Below are positions 48,841 to 61,192 of a DNA stretch of 64,000 nt, in pieces (position 1 is the first letter of the stretch; every line of letters begins with the position of its first letter). This stretch comes from Eledone cirrhosa (taxonomy: Eukaryota), in NCBI GenBank assembly GCA_964016885.1, contig OZ024740.1, positions 163,184,001 to 163,248,000 on the forward strand, given 5' to 3'. Made by a program: the position numbers and the translations under genes. Under the pieces are notes generated by a model. The model saw nothing but the letters and a program-made list of their open reading frames with translations. It searched no databases and was not told where the DNA came from.

Positions 48841-49704
48841 CATTCACAGAATAGGTATATATATTAGAAATATGATAAAGAAATTAGTATATTAAAAGTA
48901 ATCTCTAGAAAGAATAGAAATATAGAGAAAAAAATATATATATATATATTAATAAATATAGAGGTTTATATGAAGCCATATACACCTCTGCTTTTATTAA
49001 TAAAGAATGTTAGAATAAAACAAATATTTATTTGCTATCTTATTCAGTTCTGAATTGAATATACTTCTAGAAGTAATGGGAATGCAATAAATTAATCACA
49101 AGAGAATGTTTATAGTATCAGGCAGCTTTTATTAAATTCCAATTATGAAGCAAAACAAACTAATATATTTTTGTTATTTGGTGATATCATGTTGACAATA
49201 TTTATGACATACCAGGACAATATTGCTCATAAAATTCTTTGATGATATTTGAACTTAAATTCTAATGACCTTGTGTCAGCTGTTTTATTTTTAACTGATT
49301 AATTAGAGAGGAAAGGGTAGCACCTATGATCCTTTATTTTAGGAAGTTAAGCAAAAACCAGAGCCTGAAGCTTCTAACAGAATGAACTTCAATATCTGTA
49401 CCCAAGGACTGCTGATGGATTATGTCAGCCACCCAAGAACTCAGAAAATGAAGAGCTTGAACAAATACTGCAAGCTATCTCATCTGATGCTGTACCAATC
49501 TCACCAATCCATTTCCTTGGACAGGTACTTTATTTTATCAACTCTGAAAGAATGAAAGGCAAAGTTGACTATGGCAAGATTTCAACTCAGAGCAAAGAGA
49601 GCCAGAAGAAATACCATAAGGCATTTTGTTTAACGCTGTAAGAATTTTGCCAATTTCTCACCTAGCAGATCAATTATCTAAGCCATAACAATTCAGCCTT
49701 CAGT

Positions 49705-50058
49705 CCACACCACTCTTACACTGTAAAGTTATGTTGGTATCACAACAAAAAAAAACATCCAGCCCACACTGTAAAGTGGCCATGTAGATGTCACAACAAA
49801 AAGCACCAAGCCTTCACTATAAAATGGTTGTGTAGGTGTCATGACAAAAGTCATTCAGCCCACACTGTAAGTTGGTTGTGTAGGAGTCACGACAAAATGA
49901 CCCAGCACACTGTAAATGTGGTTGGTGTAAGGAAATGCATCCAGCCATAGAAACCTAGCCAGAAACATATGAGCAAGACACGGTCACCAGACTCAACTTG
50001 CCTCTAATAGGACAGCCTATCTAACCCATGCTAGCATGGAAAATGGACGTTATGATGA
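49705..50058 (+). mobile_element. RTE 3'UTR with 4-5 tandem ~47-bp units
   Basis: Units AAAAGCACCCAGCCCACACTGTAAAGTGG..GTGTAGGTGTCACGAC; ends TCTAACCCATGCTAGCATGGAAAATGGACGTTATGATGA. Confidence 0.8.
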
Positions 50059-52127
50059 CAGTTAGATGTTTTGTTTCACATAGTTTTGGCTGCTAATTCT
50101 AACAGGCATAGTGGCTCCCTTGTGGTTGCATAAACACATTCTTATAATTGAAAGCAGATTGCTGATTTTTAAAAAAAATGCTAATTTGTTATAACAAACA
50201 ATTGTTTAATATTTAGCATGGTAAACAAGTTAATACAATAATATAATGTGTTAAAACAATAATATAATGTATATATATATATATATATATTTTCATAAAA
50301 AATAAAACGTAGTCAATAAGTAATATTGATTTAAAAAAATAACATGACAACTATAGGAGATGCAGTTATTTATTTATAAATGAAGAGATGTACAAAATAA
50401 AACCAATAATGATTAGTTAATGAAATCTAATGTCTTCCAAACAATAAATATGCGTTATTATAAAAACAAAAGAGGGATACATGTATGCTTGTGTGTATGT
50501 TTATGGAAATATATAATTTTTCTGTAGTTCAACCCAAATGATGGGTCAAATAGATACATTTTGACATGCTTAGCTGATGAGAAAATGCGAAAGGATCCCA
50601 AATAAACTTCATGTACAATCATTGCTTAAATTAACACCACTTTCAAAGCAATTAAATTATACATCTGAAAATATAATTTCGAAGTAGTAATATCTGAAAT
50701 AAATATTATTTAAACATGAACTAATGTTCTATTCTAAAATATTAATTTATAAATAGTAACTTTTATTTATTTCACTGTTTAGTCAAGGATACAAACACTG
50801 TCCACAATCCTTTTCAGAACATCCAAGATTGATGAAAGACAGAGCATGATATCTTCAGGCAAGAGACCTGGCCGAAATGCTTGCAACAGATTAGACATCA
50901 CCAAAGTCACCCAGTGGCATCAAATTAAGCCTACCACCAAAGTAGACTACAGCAGGATTGGAACTCAGAATGCAATAAACTTGAACACCACAAGACATGT
51001 CCTCCAACACACTCACAATTCTACTAATCCATTGTCCTGGACTGATATTTTATTCTATCAACTCGAAAACAATGGAAAGCAAAGTTAACCTTGGCAGGAT
51101 TTCAATTTGGAATGCAGAGCATCAGAACAAATACCACAAAACATTTTCTACTACACTTAAACAATTCTACCAATTCGCTGCCTAGAAAGCTTTTAAGAAA
51201 ATAATTTAGTGTATTGTTTTATTCTTTTAGTATTTTCAATCACTAACTTTAATCACACTGGAGTAACAACACTATCAAGGGCTTTAGTCAACTTATATTA
51301 ACCTCAGTAGTTTGTCTGGTATTTATTTTATCAAAATCATAATGTAGAATGGCCAATGATGACTTGGATGTAAAGAGATCTAACCGAAAGAGAAGTAAAT
51401 GTCACAAAGTATTTTTGTTAAATACATTGTTTTTGCCAACTCCTGCCAATACAAACACACTCACATGTCCAATATGCTTACGCAAAATTTTATCTGCTCA
51501 ATTTTGGTCAATATGAGGCTAAGGTAGAGCTCAGTCTTCACTATGTCTGAACGCCATCATTTTTTTTTTGCAGAGGAATAATGAATCCAACTATTGAACT
51601 GGTACTTTATTGACCATGGTAGATTTGAACTCAGAGTACAGAGAGCTGAAATGAATATTGTAAAGAATTTTGACTGTCATTCTAATGACTATCATTTTGC
51701 CACCTATATCTACATATAGATATCTATGCTTATAACAACTTAAATTGATTATAAAATTAGGTGTTAATTGCATATTAGTGAAAGTTTTAGTATTTTTACT
51801 CATCAAGATTAATAAAGCAGCTATTGGTAAAAATATAAATAAGGTATAATAAAATTAATTGATATTTTATAATAACACGATTAAAATATATCAATCCAGC
51901 TGTAAATATTATACATGGTGAGTGTTTCCTTCATAAAATTTACATCCATGATATCTATAAATAAAATTACGCAGATGTTTATTTTCTAATTGAAAACAAT
52001 AAAACTACAAGAGAGAGGACTAAAAGAGAGAGGGAGGAGACAAAGTGAGTGAAGGATGTTGATAATTTATGACTCAAATTCGCATTTGATCCACCACATA
52101 CAAGCTGTAGGATATTCAAACATAAAT

Positions 52128-52129
<2 letters not shown>

Positions 52130-52176
<47 letters not shown>

Positions 52177-52186
52177 GAGAGAGAGA
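52130..52186. repeat. (GA)n microsatellite
   Basis: Near-perfect GA run. Confidence 0.95.
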
Positions 52187-52283
52187 GGACCCCAACGGTT
52201 GAGCGGCCGTTTCGACAGCTAGATCCAAACTGTTCGGATCTAGCCGTTGAAACGGCCGGAGCTCAGACGTTGGGGTGGGGTCC
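52187..52283. repeat. GC/CpG-rich ~97-bp imperfect palindrome
   Basis: Core arms 52204-52230 and 52232-52258 (24/27 Watson-Crick pairs); outer arms CCCCAACG..TGAGC / GCTCA..CGTTGGGG and GGACCCCA / TGGGGTCC. Confidence 0.9.
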
Positions 52284-52386
52284 TGACACTCTTCCTATTA
52301 CCCACTCTGCTACCCTAAGTATTGAGTACTCTGGTGCATTATGGTCCACCTGCTATCTTATCACATCTTTGTTATATATTTATCTA

Positions 52387-52426
<40 letters not shown>

Positions 52427-52428
<2 letters not shown>

Positions 52429-52580
52429 CATCATCATCGTTTAACGTCCATCTTCCACGCTAGCATGGGTTTGGACGGGAATTTTCCCACTTGAGGCAAG
52501 ATTGGTTGTCTTGCTCGTATAGGACTGTCTGGCGGGTTTTCTATGGCTGGATGCCCTTCCTAACACCAACCACGTTTACA
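52427..52580 (-). mobile_element. RTE 3'-terminal fragment within (TA)n
   Basis: Close match to 61193-61350 (CATCGTTTAACGTCCATCTTCCACGC...); (TA)n on both sides. Confidence 0.88.
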
Positions 52581-52747
52581 ATATATATATATATATATAT
52601 ATATAAATATATATATATATATGAATATGTATATTAGGTATATATTATACATATGATGCTGATGATAATGGATTTTCCATTGAGAACAAAGGCTGGGTGT
52701 CCAGTTTTTCAATCAACTGAGCTACAGGGAATTAATATTCATTTAGT

Positions 52748-53797
52748 AGCTGAAATTAGGTACCCCAATAGCATTTGATGTTTTGGTGCTTCAGAATTTT
52801 GATACATGTTTGGGTATATTTGGATCTCTGATTCCAAAAATAGTATCAGATTTACTTCACCAACTCTAATTAATTAATGATATGCTATTTCATAGAAATA
52901 TAGCAACACTATCAATGCTATTAATATATTAGATGCTATTAAAACACCATAGTTTATTTCCACACGAAAGCTAAAGCATTGAACAAAGAAAGTGTCTATT
53001 TTGATTACTTAAGCAGTAAATTCCCTGGATTGAGTACAGAAAAAAATCTTATAAGGGATATTTATGGTCCTCAGATAAAGAAGCTATTGAAAGATCCACA
53101 TTTCATAGATTTAATGAATAACACTGAGTGTTGTGCAGGGACTTTATTTGTCCTTGTCAAAAAGCTTTCTTGGCAACCATAAAGCAGGCGACTTCACTGA
53201 ACTAGTAGAAGGCATGTTAATCGAGTTTCCTAAGATTAGCTATAATATGAACAGGAAGGTACATAACTCCAGCACTCACCTAGATCACTTTCCAGAAATG
53301 TTTGGTGATTTGAGCAAAGAGCAAGGAAAAAAATTTCATCAGGATATAAAAACAATGAAATCGGAATACATATATGACAGCAGATTATTGCTGGGACCTT
53401 CAAGAGGACAAGTCTGGTAAATCCCACTCTATTAAGTCCTTGTTGAATGACTGATCATTTTATATGGTTTATGTTATTTTGGAGTTACAATTACTATAGT
53501 TTCTAATGCAATGCACTCTCAGCTTTTGTGCTAAAATAAACTGATTTAGTAATATGTGGTTGTTTTAATAGCATGTAATATATTAATAGCATTATCATTG
53601 TTGTTATTTTTATACAAAAATAGCCTGGTAATCAATTAATTAGAGGTGAATTGGAAATGCGAGGCCATTTTTAGAATCATCAGTTTAAACAGAGCCAAAA
53701 GTATGTCAAAATTCTAAGAGATCAGAATGTTACATTAGTTTTGTACATTTTGGTTCCTTAAAATTTAAGCCTATTTTAGAGGTTCCTAATTTCAGCT
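52748..53797 (+). mobile_element. Chapaev3-like (CMC) DNA transposon remnant with long imperfect inverted repeats
   Basis: Inverted arms at ~52790-52960 and ~53535-53715, plus AGCTGAAATTAGGTACC / GGTTCCTAATTTCAGCT, enclosing a transposase fragment. Family assignment is from recalled motifs. Confidence 0.6.
52979..53420 (+). pseudogene. Transposase C-terminal remnant (Chapaev3-like)
   Basis: FDYLSSKFPGLSTEK..GPQIKKLLKD, FLGNHKA..LVEGML, and KVH..HLDHFPEMFGDLSKEQGKKFHQDIKTM; frameshifted. Confidence 0.7.
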
Positions 53798-54496
53798 TCC
53801 ATGTGAACAGATCAGCATATAAAGAGATATGCTATATCTCCCAAGCTAGAACTGATAGAGCAAAACTGTTGACATATTTGGTATCAGAGTCCCAAATATA
53901 CCCATAAATTGGTCTAACTTCATTAAGTAGCAGAACTTTTTTATTGGCTAATATTTTCAGTAGTAATATTTTAATGACTATTCCAGACATTTAGTAAAGG
54001 TGCATGTGTTTGTTGTTGGTTTTTCATATGTTTGTCTTTTGGAAAAGAATGATTATATTTTTGTCCAGCCCTCTACCATTTCTACTATACATCCTACCTT
54101 GTGGTAATGATATTATACAGTAGACAAATTCTTTCTTTTTTTTTTTAATGATGATGGTAAGCAGTACTGAATTAATGAACGGAGAAAATGATTGGCAAAA
54201 CTGCTTTGAGAAAAATTGTACTAGTATAAACCTATAATGCAGATTAATGAAAATATAGAATGAAAAACTAGTGGAATGTTTGGAGTAAGTGGTGTTTAAT
54301 GTGAACATAGAAAGTTAGTTCTATCAGAGGAGAAAACACAAAAAATATAATGCACTAAATTGTAGTTCAAGTCCATCCAAAATATGCTGTACATTAAACC
54401 AATGATGAGGCTGATGTAATTATAATAGTTCACTTGCAAGCTTAAAAAATCTAGGCTTCTATAATTTCAACAGATCTAACTTCATTAAGAATTAAA

Positions 54497-54711
54497 TAAT
54501 GATTTCTAGTATAGGCACAAGGCCAGTAATTTGGGGGAGGGGATAGTCGATTAAATCAACCCATCAAGACATTACTGGTGCTTTATTTTATCGACCCCAT
54601 AAGGATGAAAGGCAAAGCCAACCTCGGCGGGATTTGAAATCAGATCATAAAGGACCATAACTCTATGCTGCAAAGCATGGCGTCGAACCCTCTACCGATA
54701 CTGCCAATCCA
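54497..54711 (-). mobile_element. Family N SINE
   Basis: Near full-length reverse-complement match; candidate TSD TAAATAAT. Confidence 0.85.
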
Positions 54712-56204
54712 TAAATAATAAAGATAGAGAAGATTTATTCTATTATTTTAATGGTCCCAATTTTTAGGCTGCAGCCATGCTAGGACATAGTCTTCAAAGG
54801 CTTTAGCCAATTACATTGATCCGAGTACTTTGGTACTTATTTTATACATGTCTATCAAATTGTTAAGCACACCTTAAAGGAAAGGGATGTAATTCAATAT
54901 CAAACTATTTCTGCTCAATACATTGATTTATTGGCCGCCATCTCATTGATACACACACCTATATATATATATATATATATATATATCACACACTCAATGC
55001 CCCCCACTTCTAATCTCTAAAGTACAAAACTAATAAGACTACTTGTGATTGTATCTCTGTCATCTTTTTAACTAGATATATATATATGTATATTCAGACA
55101 TACAACAGGTTTCCACACTGCCTCTGAGTGCCAATTTTGACTCACAAAGTATTGGTTGACCAAACAATATGATAGTAGATACTTTCTAAAGTGCCACACA
55201 CGGGGGATCAAACTCAGAACTACATGGTCGTGAAGCAAACATCTTAAACACAGCTATTCCAGCATCATTAGGTATATAATGTACCAATTATTATCGGTTT
55301 ACTTTCTCTAAACATCAAGTACCAGATGTCAGCATTTACTGCTTCCCATTTCATAATAAGTATTCCTGAATGGGAGATTAGTGGTTGTAATGTTTAGGAG
55401 AGAGAGGAAACTGGAATTGGAGTTTTGAGAATTCATCTAATTAACAACATAATGGAAGTGAAATGGTTTCAGATGGGAAATAAAACCAGGTAATTGATTC
55501 AAATTACAAATTTATGTATTATAGTAACATTACATTAAATAAAGAAAACAACCATGTAATTTTTGTTAGCAATTCTTATTGAAATTTAGAATGCGGACAA
55601 TATGGACAAAAGATACTGTCACCTCATGGAGTACATGTACGTGTGGTTTTGAAAGTTCTTTTTAATTAAAAGAACATCCTAGCTCACAGAAAGCTCTTAC
55701 CTTATTTGATGTATGAATAACTATGACAGTATATAATGTTAATAAAGTTTTAATTCTGTCAAGGTCTTTCTGTCTTTCATCTTTCCAAGGTCCTGTCTAA
55801 GTTGGCAGGCAAGTGGAATTGTTAAAGCCTAGTGATATTTATTCAGTCTCTTTACATTCTGAGTTTAAATCCTGTAACCTACTTGGGTGGTAAATATTAT
55901 TTGTCACCAGTTCACATCACTATCTAGCTTTTGGATGCCATTAGCAAAGTTCTCTCAGTTGCAAGCATTCAAATCAGGTCTCTGAACTGAGGATGTCATT
56001 TTCCCATCAGTCTCAGAGGCCCTAAAAAGGGTTACAGGTACTTCCCCCTGACTTTAAAGCCTTTGGCTTGGTTTCAAAACTGTCTTTTTAAAAGATAATG
56101 TTTCCATAGTTGGCCATCAACCAAACTTCTTATAGTAGCACAAGTTACATGATATTATAAAGTGCATATTTTTTCCTTGACATACATAAACAATAAGTGC
56201 TAAA

Positions 56205-57230
56205 GCAAGCTTAATGTCAACCTCCTTCTCTTTTGCCTATCATTTGAACCCCCTCACCAACCTCCTGGATTTCATTTCCTCTATATTCATTTTTAGCCAT
56301 GTCATTGTAGGCTTCCCTTTGTTTTACTTTCTCCCACATTCATTTCCATCACTCCTCTTAGTCACTTTAATCCTTCCTCAACACATGATCCAACCATCTC
56401 ATTCCATTTCTCTTCAAAACTTTCATCACTGGTTCTATTCCTATCATCCTCTTCAATTCATTATTTGTCTTCCTCTCTCTATGATTGGACCCGTTTCATT
56501 TCCATTCTTTCCAGCCTTCTCTGTTATACCATGTTTATCACTAATGTCTTACTCCTACAAATCATGGTAATTCTTGCCCGTGCAGCATACAACTTCCTCT
56601 TCAGCTTTAGTGACACACTCTTCCTCATTAGTACACCAGTCAGTTTCCAAACCTTCTTACATACACATCTCACTCTAGATAAAGTCATGTAGTCTGACCC
56701 ACCCTGTCCATTCAACATGACTCCAAGGTAATATTTTTTCACACCTTCCATCTTCATACCATTCCCAAGATCTAGCTCAATATCCTCACCCTTTGTAGCT
56801 CCTCCAATGCACACTTTACACTTAAATGTAGCTGCCATATTATTTAATAATCTCCTTACACCACTACATTTTTAGTGCATGTCATACATTTAATGAAGTT
56901 CACTCCAACATCTTTCCTGTACACTGCACACAGCCAGCTTCCTGTTCTTTCCATCTCACCAAATGCTTAACCACTTGCCACTACCTCCATCTCTCTGATA
57001 TTCAGTCATACTTTCTATCTCCATACACTCCTTTTTCTTATTCATCTTCTCCCTAAGTCCATTCATATGCACTACTAACAACACCAGGTCATCTATGTAC
57101 AGAAGCTTCCATGGTAAACCTTGCTTTACATCTTGGGCCAGTATATCCATCACAATTACAAATAGTAGTGGGTTTAGTACTGATCATCATGACTAACCAA
57201 CCATTCCTCCAATCTCAATTGTTTCAATGT
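56205..57230 (-). pseudogene. Old RTE LINE fragment (RT with PHD-like remnant)
   Basis: Minus strand: MDILAQDVKQGLPWKLLYIDDLVL, GSWLCAVYRKDVGVNFIKC..H*KCSG..FKCKVC, YYLGVML, and VSLKLKRKLYAA. Confidence 0.8.
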
Positions 57231-57790
57231 CCATGTCACTACTTAATGTGGAACCCAACTGAAAGCTCACTCCAGATCAACAAACCCTTGACATGTCTTA
57301 AATTATTGATCTGTCTGTCAACACAGGTGCTTTTAAATCACTCTCAAATTCATTCTTTCCAGTTTTCTTCTTTAATGACACTATCAAAACTAATTCTTAC
57401 AGTTCATTTAGACATGTCTTCACCACCTTGTGTAAACAACACTTAATACCTTTAATTCTCAATACAGCCTATTCTTAAGATCAGTTTAATTCTCAATGCA
57501 GCCTATTCTTCTTATCATTTTATTCCAGTTTTTATAACCTTTTCAGATGTTTCCACCAATGCAATCAATGTTTGCCTACAGAATATCACTAGCAATTATA
57601 TCAATCTGACAGATTTTGCAAACAAAAGACATTGTTTTGCAATGAAACTAATCAGAGAGTTTTGAAAATTTTCCAAATACAGAAGCAGTAGTAATCTATA
57701 GCTCTAGTCCAAACCTTATATTTTACACAAATCAGTAGATCTAGCCAGGTAATCCAGAATTAATATGATTAATATTGGATCCTTCATCTG

Positions 57791-57850
57791 TTTGGACAAT
57801 GAGCATTCAGTTTGGACAATGAGCATTCAGTTTGAACAATGAGCATTCAG
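57791..57850. repeat. 20-bp tandem repeat x3
   Basis: TTTGGACAATGAGCATTCAG repeated three times with one mismatch. Confidence 0.95.
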
Positions 57851-57914
57851 TTGTTCAATTAACTGAATGTCCAACTAGTAAATTAACAAGTGGTTGAGTG
57901 GGACATGTGTACCC

Positions 57915-58129
57915 TTAACCCATGTGCATTTACATTACTCTATATATACTATTATATTTTCAAGGTAAAGGTTTTAATCTCACATAATTATCTCACATAA
58001 TATCGAATCTTTGACATTTTGAGAATAATACTATAACATCAGTATGAGTGGCTGGATTCAGCCAGTTTGAACAGAAAGAGGTGAGAGAATTCTGGCCAGA
58101 TAGGGCCGGTTTAAATGCTAAAGGGTTAA
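57915..58129 (+). mobile_element. TTAA/piggyBac-type MITE family A, nested in a CORE-SINE (57850-58370)
   Basis: Host sequence GTGTACCC-TTAA-CGTAG is split with TTAA duplicated; right TIR TAAATGCTAAAGGG. Confidence 0.85.
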
Positions 58130-60464
58130 CGTAGTCAACAAGCTAAATCAGCCTAATACAATCTCTGATGAGGCTGGACCTTTGAATTACAGGTGAAATA
58201 CAGGCGATGAGTCTTCAAATAGTTTCTGTTTTCCTAATTTCACTCACATGGCTTAGGTTGACATGAGACTATGGAAAAGGCACTTGCTCAAGTTTTCATG
58301 CATTGGTAATAAACTTGGGACCTCATGATTGCAAAATGAACTTCTTTCCACTCAGTCATGCCTGCATTTGACTATTGTGTACCATGTTCATGCTTAATAT
58401 CACAATCTAAAACAACGGGAACAAGGGGATATCCTGATTGCTGTAAATATTCCTCATAACAACATTGAATAATAACTAGGCAACAGTACTAAAAAAAAAA
58501 CCCCAAAAGACCTATAATATAAAGCATTAAGTACAATAGTATTTTTTATGACTTAGAGGAGGAAAGTAAGCACCTATGACCTTCATTTCCTCCAAGAATA
58601 GTGGGGGTGGGGAAAGAAGGAAGAAGCCATAACTTATGTATTATTGTAGTAGGAAGCTGCACATTTCAAAATGGTGTTAATCTTACACCAGGGGCTTGAT
58701 CCAAATGCTTGCAACAGAGTGGATTGCACTAACAGTACATCAGGGCCAGGTAATTGTGTTAAACCTGGTTGCAGATTAGGTTGACATAAGTATCTAATAA
58801 GCATCTAACTATGATTATTAATACTCTCATCAGACAACAAAAATAAAGATAGTACTTGTAGGTAGACAAGAAATATTTTTGTAAATAAAACAGCTGCAAT
58901 ATTCAAGTACTCCAGCGAGTTATAAGTGGTATTCAACCATTAAAGCAATATCCTAAACACAATGAAGTTATGTAACAATTATAGAAACTTTTTTCTCTGT
59001 TATTCTATATATGTTCAGCTATTCCATTACTGAAGATTCCATAAGTGGAAAGACTCTTTTCAAAACAGTGGATAATTAAAAAAGACTGTTAATAAGACTT
59101 TAACAAACAATTTAATCTACAAGGATACTGCATAATGTAAAGTTTAATATAACTTTATATACTAAAGTAAACCCATAAATTCATTTTTGAAAAACACCTC
59201 ATTCCAGTGTTTCCATAATTTATGGAAAGTGGCAAATAGGCTATCGGAGCATAAGATACAATGCTTTGAGGCATTTGTCCTAGCTCTCTGCAGGTCAACT
59301 TTGCCTTTAATCTATTCAAGATTGATAAATATAAAGTCCAGTATTGGGATGGATTTATCCACTCTCTTTCGCTCTAGGAGAATTGATATACAAGTGTGAA
59401 AAAAAGCATTCCTGAAAATACACTCATTTTTCTAACTCCCATTGACAAAAAGGACTCAGTGGGCTCATCATCTCAAACTACCACATAAAAAAAGAACAAT
59501 AATTCATATATCTACTACAATCATTTAAGCAGGGGTCAACCTTGCCGGTTCCATGACAAGCTTCATAATTATCATAGGCTCTGATATGGGGCAATAATTT
59601 GTGGCTAAATGCCCTTCCTGGAGCCAACTCTTTTAGTTACCTATAATGATATGCAAGGATATGGTGTGTCTATTCTAAACTGGATGCACACAACATAATT
59701 CATATAACAATCAGAGATACTTGTAGCTATAGTGATATTTATTGAATTTGTTGATTAAAGAAGAGTGATGAAGCAGTAATTAGAAAATCATTTTTAAGTT
59801 TACCATTCACCAACATATATGATATTTGAATAAATTTTATTGTAAACAAATTAGAAGTTTAGCAACAGAAAGTCACAGTTGAGATTCAATGATATAAACA
59901 AATTACAAGTAAAAAAAGTCGGAAAAAATGAATTAGAAAATCTTAGTAATAATCCCCAAATAATCACAATGTAAAAATAAAAAAAAGCTCAACAAAGTTA
60001 TAAATATTCACCATCAACAATAAAATTTTTCAAATATTAATTATTATACAAGTACTATAAGTATTTATTAAATATTTCCACTGTAATCATCCTACTCTGA
60101 ATTCTTAAGCAATATATTGAGTATAAAATTTATTTTATGTTTGATTCCAAGCATTCATTATTATTTATGTTGAATGGTTAAGAGGGCTACTTCATAATCA
60201 TGAGATTCTGGCTTTGATCCCACTATGGGGTATGTTGGTCATTTGTTTTTTACCATAGCCTACGTTTGAACCAAGCTTTGCAAGTGAAATTGGTTAGACG
60301 TAAACTGTTTAGAAGCCTGCTTAATTGACTACCTGTAATTCAACAAGCTAGCCATGTCACACACAGTGTTACACTGAATATCCTTGAGAATTTTGTTGAG
60401 AGTACACCAAACAATTGGAATGCTCAAAACCGATGGAGCTTCATTTACTATTATGACACTATAT

Positions 60465-60809
60465 ATTCTGAGTTCAAATCTCGAGGTTAGCTTTGCCTTT
60501 CATCCTTACGGCGGTCGATAAAATAAAGTACCAGTAATGCACTGGGGTTGATTTAATCAACTTGCCCATCCCCCCAAAATTGTTGGCCATATGCCTAAAT
60601 TAGAAACCATTATTATTTAGCTGAGGGCGGTGGATTGGCAGTATCGGGAGAGGGTCGGATGCCATGCTTTCCAGCATAGTTATGTCCCTTTACGATCTGA
60701 GTTCAAATCCTGCCGAGGTTGACTTTGCCTTTCATCCTTACGGGGTCGATAAAATAAAGTACCAGTAATGCACTGGGTAATTGCTGGCCTTGTGCCTAAA
60801 GTAGAAACA
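60465..60809 (+). mobile_element. Two head-to-tail family N SINEs (60465-60608 and 60624-60809)
   Basis: The second copy is full length, with a 15-bp TSD ATTATTATTTAGCTG (60609-60623 and 60810-60824). Confidence 0.9.
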
Positions 60810-60847
60810 ATTATTATTTAGCTGGGTAAATAGCCTTAAAACATTTT

Positions 60848-61046
60848 CTATTCTACTGTATTTCTAATGATAGACACTGCTTGGGATTTTCAAATAATTT
60901 TGAAATATCAAGAATCTGGAAGGATTTAGTAATATAATTAAATTTCTCATTAAACTAGCATTTGGAGTATAGCTTAAAGGTTCTTACATAGTTTTCAATT
61001 TTAGAACCAAGGGTGGGTTCTGTCAGTTTGGTAGCAAAAGGGTCAA
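60848..61046. mobile_element. TTAA MITE family B (degraded)
   Basis: TATTTCTAATGATAGACACTGC...TTGGTAGCAAAAGGG-TCAA. Confidence 0.55.
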
Positions 61047-61192
61047 TAGATGGAAACATTAAACGAGAGTTTAAACATTTTCAGTTCATGCTTTAGTAGT
61101 ATGTATTCAGCAAAAGTGTTGTAGCACTGTCGGTGCAATAGATCATTCCTTAACTTTTCATCTGGCATCTCTGATCCTCTATGTCATTTGAT

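Noticed and set aside
49705-49930. CRISPR-like regularly spaced repeats (also 57791-57850 and 63440-63600)
   Set aside because: Contiguous tandem units with no unique spacers and no cas genes; they are RTE 3'UTR repeats or a local slippage triplication in eukaryotic DNA.
57451-57510. 26-bp direct duplication (similar ones at 37201-37237 and 50235-50270)
   Set aside because: Simple local slippage or repair duplications with no enclosed element.
60624-60720. tRNA gene candidates (A/B boxes), here and at other SINE heads
   Set aside because: No complete cloverleaf, and each continues into a SINE body and tail with TSDs.
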